Of a stretch of DNA of 64,000 nt, positions 56,089 to 64,000 are shown in pieces (within the stretch, counting starts at the first letter, position 1; each line of letters opens with the position of its first letter). The translations under genes and the position numbers were made by a program. Origin of the DNA: an uncultured Acidobacteriota bacterium (GTDB lineage Bacteria; Acidobacteriota; JAQAZP01); the NCBI GenBank assembly GCA_963836075.1, contig CAWIIB010000009.1, forward strand, positions 1,152,001 through 1,216,000. Reading direction: 5' to 3'. The notes under the pieces are model-generated. The model searched no databases. It was not told the origin of the DNA and saw only the letters and a program-made list of their open reading frames with translations.

Positions 56089-57135
56089 ATGGCCGGCGAT
56101 ACCGCAGACCGGGCGGACCACCGGGAGTTGACCATCGAGCAACTCTGGGACGGGGTTTCGGCCGAACTGCGCGAGAAAAAGCGGAGCAAGCCGTACTTCG
56201 AGGAAATCTGCCACCGGGCATTCATCCTCTGGAACAAGCGGGCTTTCGGCCTGGTCTACTCCCTGCTCCACCAGCCCGGCGGCCGCTCGCTGATTTCCCG
56301 GATGCTCTGCCGCAAGGACCCGTTGCTCTCCCGCGACCCCATGCGTCTGGACCTGCTGGCCCAGGAGGTGCTGGTGGGGCTCTGCCGCACCTTCAAGAAG
56401 AAAAATTTCAGCTACCAGGGGCTGCCCCAGCTGTACGGTTACCTTGACGGCATCTGTACCCGGGTGGTCTATGCCCGCAGCGGCCTGCGCGAGAAACGGC
56501 AGAAGGTGATCAAGTCGATCAAGAAGAATCTGCCCCTGGACGAGGACGAGCTGGAGGCGGTGCTGCCCCTCTTCCCCGAAGGCGGCACCGGGGAGGAGGG
56601 CGAGGATCCGGAGGAAGCGGATTTCGAACGGCTGATCCTGCTCAGCACCCTCCGGGGCAGCAAGTTGGGCCTGATCACCGAGGAGCCGCTGATCCGGAAA
56701 AAGTTCGACGAGTCGTCCACCGGCTACATCAACCAGTTCCTCTACAACCGGCAGCAGACCGTGCTCTGGCATTTCTATGTCCGGGTGTCGGGGGAGGCCC
56801 GGGACCCGGAAAAAGGAGCTTTGCGGAAGATTATCGAGCGTCTGGTGCCGGCCTCGCTGCGCGGCTGGCGCTGGCGGGACGTGTCCATCGAACAGACCAG
56901 GCAGATTTAACGGTGATCCGGTTTTCATGGACAATGTCATCTCGTGAACAGGGTGGTCCAGGGGGTGTGACGCTGGATAGAGCGGGTTAGAGACCCGCAG
57001 GTGGGCCGCCCCGCCGTTGACGAGACATGCCGGCACCTGGAGGCAATTGACCAGAAGCCGGAGGCCGACAGGGCGGGGTGGCTCGCCGGTAAAGCCGGGC
57101 GGAACCCGGCCGGCTGTAAGGAGTGGGAACTATGA
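56089..57135 (+). CDS. Divergent ECF-sigma-like protein (ORF stops at 56910; probably continues to 57135 through indels)
   Basis: Sigma region-2-like LDLLAQEVLVGL...NFSY...LYGYLDGIC. A downstream frame VDETCRHLEAID...KEWEL ends at a TGA overlapping the next ATG. Confidence 0.5.
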
Positions 57136-57692
57136 AGCAGCAACGGATCAGCGAGGACGAAGTTGGCGCCATGCTCGAGGAAGCATTCGAGGGTGAGCCC
57201 TTTGTGCGGATCGAGCCGCCGCCCCGTTTCAACCTCTTTTTTCGAGACGGCGCGGAGCCGGAGTCGTTTTTCGACAAGCTGAAACGCTTTCTGGTTCTCC
57301 CCTCCGCCCCGCGACGCCTGGTGTTCAGCGGAGCCGTGGTGGCCCTGCTGTTGGTCGTGCTGATCCCCCTGATGCCTGGCGAGGGGCAGCTGACTTATCG
57401 TGACGCCGGTCCGGCCGAAGCCACGGAGCTTCCCCGGGGCCGTCTGGCCGCTGCTCCCGGCGCACTCCACTGGCCGGCTGCGGAGGGCGCGGTTTCATAC
57501 CGGGTGGAATTGGCCGACCCGGAGGGCCTCCTGCTCTGGATGGACAAAACCGGCACCAACAGCATCGATCTGCCCGCCGGTCTCCTCTCGGACCGCCCCG
57601 TTGGCAGTGAATACCGTGTCCAGGTCACCGGGTACGGCCCGGACGGCGCGGAAGCCAGCCGGCAGACCTCCCGCTTCCTCGTTCTGCCGTAG
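57132..57692 (+). CDS. Single-TM protein with extracytoplasmic Ig/FN3-like domain, putative anti-sigma factor
   Basis: AAGGAG RBS, short cytoplasmic N-terminus, TM LVFSGAVVALLLVVLIPL, then LHWPAAEGAVSYRVEL...EYRVQVTG. Confidence 0.55.
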   Translation: MKQQRISEDEVGAMLEEAFEGEPFVRIEPPPRFNLFFRDGAEPESFFDKLKRFLVLPSAPRRLVFSGAVVALLLVVLIPLMPGEGQLTYRDAGPAEATELPRGRLAAAPGALHWPAAEGAVSYRVELADPEGLLLWMDKTGTNSIDLPAGLLSDRPVGSEYRVQVTGYGPDGAEASRQTSRFLVLP

Positions 57693-57797
57693 AGCAGGAT
57701 ACCCCCAGTCATCGCGAGCCGCTGACCCGTGACGAATATGAATGGTGCCAGGCACCATTCATATTCACTGCCTCTTGTCATTACGGTTCCTTCGGCC

Positions 57798-60700
57798 TCA
57801 AAACCGCCCGGCGGTAACATTGACACCGTGTCCGAGATTCGAAAACGCAGTCAGTGAGAAGGAAAGGCTCATGGTCGAGTCGTCATAGGTAAACACCTTG
57901 ACGGTGGCGTCCGCACCAGGATCCGGCCCGCTGCCGGCCAGCAATTCGTCGCGACCGTCACCATCCATGTCAGTTCCGGATGAGACATTGACACCGTAGC
58001 GAACACCGTCGGGCGGCCAGGCAAAGAAACTGCTGCCGGGCAATGACACAATCGATGTGCCATCGTAGTCCCAGCACCGGACATGGGCGCCGAAAACCGC
58101 ACCGGGGCCGGCGCCGGTCACGATTTCATCGATTCCGTCGCCATCCAGATCGCCGCAGGAGACATTCACCCCGTATTTGTTCGTCCCGTACGCCAGGAAG
58201 CTGACCTGGGGGATGGCTGCAGCACCTCCACCATCCACGTTCCATCCCCTCACATGCGGCCCGTAAACTGCACCGGGACCGGGGCCGGAAACGATCTCCT
58301 CGAAACCATCGCCATCGATATCACCAGCAGCAACGTTGACACCCCATTTGGGCGTTCCATAGGCAAGATAACTGACACCAGGCACAGGTGAAACACCGGG
58401 AGTGCCGTCGTAGTCGAATGCCCGAACGTGAGGGCCGAACACTTCCCCCGGACCGGCACCAGTGATAATTTCTTCATACCCGTCGCCATCGATATCGCCA
58501 GCCGCCACATTGACACCGAAGCGAAGGGTGCCATACGCGATAAAACTCAAACCGGGCAGCGGAGCACCGTCGATCTCGAACCCGCGGACGTGCGGCCCGT
58601 AGATCTCTCCCGGCCCGGCCCCGGTGATAATCTCGTCGGCAGGATCCTGATCAAGATTCCCGCAGCAGACGTTTACACCGTAGTGGGGTGCGCCGTAGGC
58701 ACTGAACTCGAACCCGTATGGAGCATCCTGGGCCGCCGGGTAGACACGCACCAGAGGTGAGTTTTTATGGGATGGCCCAGGCCCGACGATCACCTTGCCG
58801 GCATGCAGGGTCAACAGTTCATCGAAGATCGAGATAAAGCCGTCATGCGAACCGGCGGACGATTCGGCATAGGCGCCCGAAGTCGTTGGGAATGAATAGG
58901 TGTGAGTTTCTCCGCAAACGATGATCTTGTCACCTTCGATGAAATCAACATCGAAACATGCCTCGGAAGTGTCGAACCCCACGTCGGTCTCACCGCCCAG
59001 GATCATCGCCGCTGTTAGCCTTTCGAAGTCGCGATCCAGCCGAACAATGTAGCAGTCCTTCTTTTCAAAATTCACGCTGCCGTAAACACCTGGCGTGATC
59101 GGGATCGATTCCGAATCAGTCCGCCCAACCGCGACGATATATCCCGCCTCGTCCAGGGCGGCTGCATAGCAATTATCGGTCTCCTCTCCGCCCACGAAGG
59201 TTGAGGCAATCAGTTCATCGAGTTGGGCGGACATCCGGCAGATGGCGAAATCGGCCTGCCCGCTCCACTCCCTGTCATAGACACCCGGTGTCGTCGGAAA
59301 ATCACTGGATCGCGCCGATCCGACAATGACGATGGTGCCGTCCTGATCGAGGATGATCCCACCGCACAGGTCATCCTTTGTCCCGCCCAGGAAGGTCGAC
59401 CGGTTCAAGGTGGTCAAATCCCGGTCGAAATTGGAGATGAACATGTCATGCCAAACGCTGCCGTCATAGTTGAAGGTCTCATCATAGGCGCCTGGTGTTG
59501 TTGGGAAATCACTGGATGCAGTATTGCCGGCAAGATAGACACCATCATTCACGGCAAGTATCTGAGAATTATAGGCTTCATACAGATGTCCACCAAATAA
59601 GGTGGACGCTTCCAGAGTTGTCAGTTCTTGATCAAACCTTGAAATGAAGAAATCATATGAACCATTCGGCGTCCTGTCATAGGCACCATCCGTCGTCGGG
59701 AATGTGGTCGTGGTGCCCCAGGTCCTGCCGGAAACGAACACATCTCCCTCGACATCCAGATCGAGTGAAGCACACGAATCCCAGTTGATCCCGCCTAGAA
59801 AAGTCGATACCTCAAGCTCATTCAGCGCACCGTTCATCCGGAATATTGCGCCATCGATATCACCATTGAACGAACGGTCATAGGCGCCATCCGTTGTTGG
59901 AAAATCTGCAGAATAGCTGCCTGCGCATACGAGCAGATCTCCGTCTAAATTCATTTCCATTGCGGAATGACCTTCCAAATAGTCATCATCGCTCCCACCA
60001 ACATAAGTGGACGAGATGAGGGTTGTCAGCTGCGAGTCAAAGTGGGAAATAAATATGTCTGTATCCCCACCGCCATATGCTGTTTGAAAACAACCCGCAA
60101 TTGTTGGAAAATCATCCGACCAGGTAGTTCCTGCAACGTAAATTCCGTCCTCAGTGGCCAGAATCACTTTACAGGCATCACCATGCCATCCACCTAAATA
60201 TGTCGATGCCAATAATGGATCAATGAGCAGAGAGTGCTCATGAGAGTAGGTTCCAACTCGAAAGCCTGTACGAATGATCGTTTATTTCGTAAAACACTGG
60301 AACATCTATCCGCGCCCCGTCGATCTGCTGAAAGGCGACCGGCTTGGTGAATCTCAGGGCTTCCTCCCCGATTTGACAGACGAGTTCTCCATTTTGATCA
60401 ACAGAGAGTTTGTCCACACCTTCGAGTTCAATTTTTATCACGGAAGGGTCTGCATGCGGCCTGATCGTGAACACTTTCTCAAAGCCGGCCTCGGTCATTT
60501 TCAGTGACAGACAAACCCCGGCGCAAATCTCGCCCAGGTCAAGTGCGGAATACACGGGAATCCCTGTCCGCCATTTCCCAGGATCGTCACCTTTGAATAC
60601 ATTTACGACCGCGTCCAGCTCTTGCACGCCCTCGATCGTCAGATGATTGGCATTGCCCAATGGCACTTTCAGATTAATTTTTCGACCTGGCAACTCCTTG

Positions 60701-60981
60701 TTAATCATCATGAGCGAATATACAACGTCGTTTCCGGTTACAACGACTGAATAATTCCCTGATCGAGCATAGTATTTTATGTTCTTACCCACTTGGCCCC
60801 GGTTTTCCACGAACCCAAAAGGCAAACAGTACGGTTTGTTCAGGCCATTCATTTGTGATGGATTTGCATCCAGAGAAACAGCCGCGTCGAGCCAATAAAC
60901 ATTGAAAAGGCCGCACAGAATACAAAGAGTGCACGCGGCCCAGAATATTTCACTGCACCGAGGGATTAGCTTCATGATCAT
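57798..60981 (-). CDS. Secreted SBBP-repeat beta-propeller protein with C-terminal GPHVR propeller module (frameshift near 60240)
   Basis: N-domain FVENRGQ...KGDDPGKWRTGIP...PHADPS.I. IDPLLASTYLGG and repeated G.T.S.DFPTT.GAYD. C-terminal GVNVAAGDIDGDG.EEI..G.GPG..GPHVR repeats. Confidence 0.88.
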
Positions 60982-61073
60982 TCACCTGAAAATGACGAGT
61001 GCATTTCGGCAGGGCGTGATTTCTGACCATCTCTGGTCCAAAATCGAATATCCTGGCTAACGGCGAAACTGTC

Positions 61074-61100
61074 GAGGGAGGGCGTCAACGCCCTCCCCCT
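61074..61100 (-). terminator. GC hairpin, possible terminator
   Basis: GAGGGAGGGCG-TCAA-CGCCCTCCCCT downstream of the FG-GAP gene. Weak U-tract. Confidence 0.45.
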
Positions 61101-61138
61101 ACTTTGTATAACAAGGCCTACGTGTTCTGACTTTGACA

Positions 61139-62477
61139 TTACGGGCAGGCGGTCGAAGTCAACCCGACGACATACGCTGAGCCCGCATCGGCAGTCAGGC
61201 CGATATCATCCTTGCTCGCCCCGACTACCCCATATTCCCCATCCGCGGACATGCAGACATCCCAACCGAACCAGTCATCGCCGGCCTTGTCGTCCGCATC
61301 TACGAGAAAATCGAGCGACCAATCGGTTCCACTGGGCGTGAAGTAGTAGGCCGTGCCGATATCGTATCCCTGCATGTTGATGTCGGTCAGGTTTGCCCCC
61401 ACGAGGACGCCATCTCCGTCCTCGTTAATGGCGACCGAACGGCCGAAGTGATCGCCGCTGGCACCATTGGTGTATGTAACTTTGTCCTGCTCTTCCCAGG
61501 ATCCATTATCCAACACGAAGATATATGCGCTCCCGGCATGCGTTCCCTCCTCATCATCATGCCTGGCGCCGACGACGATCGTGTCGGCATCACCGTCGAC
61601 GGCGACGTCAAATCCGAACCAGTCCTGGGAACCACCGTTATCAGCGTAGAACTTATGCGTCTGATCCCAGCTCGTCCCATCGCGAGCGAAGACATAGACT
61701 GCCCCCTCGTCGTCATCTTCGCAATCCGCTTCACGTGATCCGATTACGGCGACATCCCCGCAAATATCGACGGAAGCGCCGAAGATGATACCGTCATCGG
61801 CGTCGTTCCAGTCGTCGGCGTAAAGATTGGCCTCTTCGCTCCACGAAGTGCTGCTCCTGGTGAAGACATACACCTCGCCGCGCTTCCACAGAGGCGGATC
61901 TTCATCGTCGGTTGTCCCATCGTATTTTGCGCCGACGAGAACCGTCTCACCATCAGAATCAATTGCCACCGAACACCCGAACAGGCCGGTCACCACGGCG
62001 CCAGTTCCGCTGAGAGTTGCCTGATAGCTCCAGGTTGTGTCGGAACGAGTGAAGATATAGGCACTGCCCTCACTGACAGATGTTTTCCCCTTGTGATGCG
62101 CTCCGACTACAATATAGTAACCCTCGCTGGAAATATCCACCGACGCACCGAAATGATCCCAGGAGTCCGCATCGGGGGCCACCAACCGCGCCTGCTCAGA
62201 CCACGTCGATCCGCTCTTTACATATACATAAACAGCTCCCACACTCTCTTCAATGGGGGGATCGTTGTCCACTTCGATGTCTTCGGACGCGGCTCCGACA
62301 ACGAAGTAGGCCCCGTCGTCCGACATGGCCACTGAACTGCCATACTCCGCATCGAGGTGCTTGTAGGTATCCGCATCGACCCGTTGCAGTTCACATGGCG
62401 GTGTGCCGGCTGACGAAACAGGTACAGCAACACGCGAGGAGACCGATAGCAACTACAGTCGAAATCGTCCTTAACAT
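61139..62477 (-). CDS. Secreted FG-GAP_2-type seven-bladed propeller (frameshift in the signal region)
   Basis: Seven repeats (Y/F)G.SVAI.....VVGA....G.(V/A)Y(V/I)F.R.G..W. ATG 62477 with GGGAG RBS and leader MLRTISTVVAIGLLACC in another frame. Confidence 0.88.
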
Positions 62478-62803
62478 TTGATGTTCTTCTCCCTGTTGTT
62501 CTGTAAAGTAAATGCGGTCAAAACCTTCAGGATCATCTGCAATATTGCGTGGGGAGAGCGGGAATGGGAGGTGCCCGGCTGGGGTATCGAGAGAGAAGGG
62601 ACCGTGAGATGAGATTTCTGGAATCGAATGGACCCACTCTGGTTCTGCTCATGGGGAATGGGGTCTCACAATAGAAATTTTATTTCTAAACTAAGAAAAT
62701 ATTTTTATGACTGGCTTACCGTGTGGCTTTTCACGATCTTCGGGTAATTACATATTTGAGCAAAAATAGCTGATACCGAATTATCGATTCTAATTATAAA
62801 TAG

Positions 62804-62833
62804 AATCTACAGTGTTTTTTTTTCACAAGTCAA
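62804..62833 (-). promoter_or_regulatory. Putative sigma70 promoter in an AT-rich intergenic region
   Basis: Minus strand TTGACT (62833-62828), 18 nt, TAGATT (62809-62804). Confidence 0.5.
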
Positions 62834-63090
62834 GTAATTTCTATTGAGGAATCAATGAGGGGAGACAGCAATCACCTTGCGCCTGCCCCTCTAAACCACC
62901 TATATTTACTGAAGATAGCAAGGGGCAGGGTTGGTTGAAGCAGTTGGTCCAGTGCCCCGGACCGCTCCGGACATCCCGGCCGACGTCCGATTCCCGTCCC
63001 CATCGGGGATGGCGGGATATTCCCTTGGGCAGCAGAAACGAACAATGAACCGTTGCGCCTTCCCGGCGCGGCGTGGTGGAGGCAGTGCTC

Positions 63091-64000
63091 ATGTTTTGGA
63101 ATGGACGGATCGTACTTGCGGTGATGGTTTGTGCCCTTCTGGCGCCGGTGTCGGTCGATGCGGCCGGGACGCCGGAACCCGAGGCCCTGGTGCTGGTTCA
63201 CGGGGACAGCGCCGAGGCGTCCGGCCTGGTGGAGAAGCTGGGCCTGCCGGTGTACCACCGGGCGGGCGACCGTCTGCTGGTGGGCGCGGTGACGAGGCCA
63301 TCGTCCGCCTCGGCGGCGCGGCCACGGTGGTGGACCGCGCGCCCTGGGCCGACGGCGACCGGCTACTACTGGGTGATGATCCGTGACGGCCGGGATGCCG
63401 CCTTCCCCGCCGGCGCAAGGTGTGCAGCGGCTCTACCGCCAGGGCGGTCTGGCCCTGGTCAAGGCCACGGCCGAGAGCGTCGAGCCGCTCTCCATGGCCG
63501 GGCACGAACTGGTGCTGGTGACCCCCACGCACAAGGCGCTGGCTGCCGGCCACAAGCGCACCGCCCCGGCCGGTACCCGGGCCTTTGGCGGCGAGATCGA
63601 CGACATGGTGGCTGCCATCACCCAGCTGAGCTACACCGGCAAGATCCAGACCCTGGAGAACTTCGGCACCCGCTATTCCTACGCCCCCGAGTGCGACACG
63701 GCCGGCGACTGGATCTACAACCAGTTCGCCGGTTTCGGTCTCGCCGCCGAGCGTCACTACTTCAGCATCGGCGGCAACACCCGTTCAGAATATCATCGCC
63801 ACCATCCCCGGGCTGCTCTATCCCGACGAGGTGGTCTTTATCTCCGCCCACTACGACTCCACCTCCGAGGATCCCTACAACTTCGCCCCCGGCGCCGACG
63901 ACGACGGCAGCGGCTCGGCGGCGGTGATCGAGGCGGCCCGGGTGCTCTCCGGCTACACCTTCGAGCGGACGATCAAGTTCGCCTGCTTTGCCGGCGAGGA
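63091..64000 (+). CDS. Secreted M28 family aminopeptidase (partial, several frameshifts, runs off the right edge)
   Basis: GGAGG RBS and signal peptide. LENFGTRYS, ISAHYDS, APGADDDGSGSAAVIEAARVL and RTIKFACFAGE. Confidence 0.88.

Overview
GC-rich bacterial genomic window, probably from an uncorrected long-read assembly: more than ten otherwise intact genes, including clpB, are split by single-base frameshifts. It holds a few housekeeping genes (clpB, exonuclease III, TatD, a ferritin-like protein) among many secreted or surface proteins: FG-GAP and SBBP propellers, S8 and M28 peptidases, a TPR-CHAT protease, a serpin and VIT/vWA proteins. Regulators are three ECF sigma/anti-sigma pairs and a BlaI/M56 pair. 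No rRNA, tRNA, CRISPR array, integrase or transposase was seen. The main signal is a modular C-terminal domain system. Four secreted proteins with three unrelated passenger types end in the same gap-free 122-aa domain (NWR.G.TN ... DVTP.PYNQPPY..SGD ... AP-stop), and a fifth orphan fragment of it lies in frame just behind the amber stop of another gene. Two other secreted proteins share a different ~330-aa C-terminal GPHVR propeller. clpB has recombination scars on both sides, including a displaced duplicate of its own 3' end that brackets a 7.5-kb integrase-less island. Family names come from motif recognition, not database searches, and novelty is unverified.
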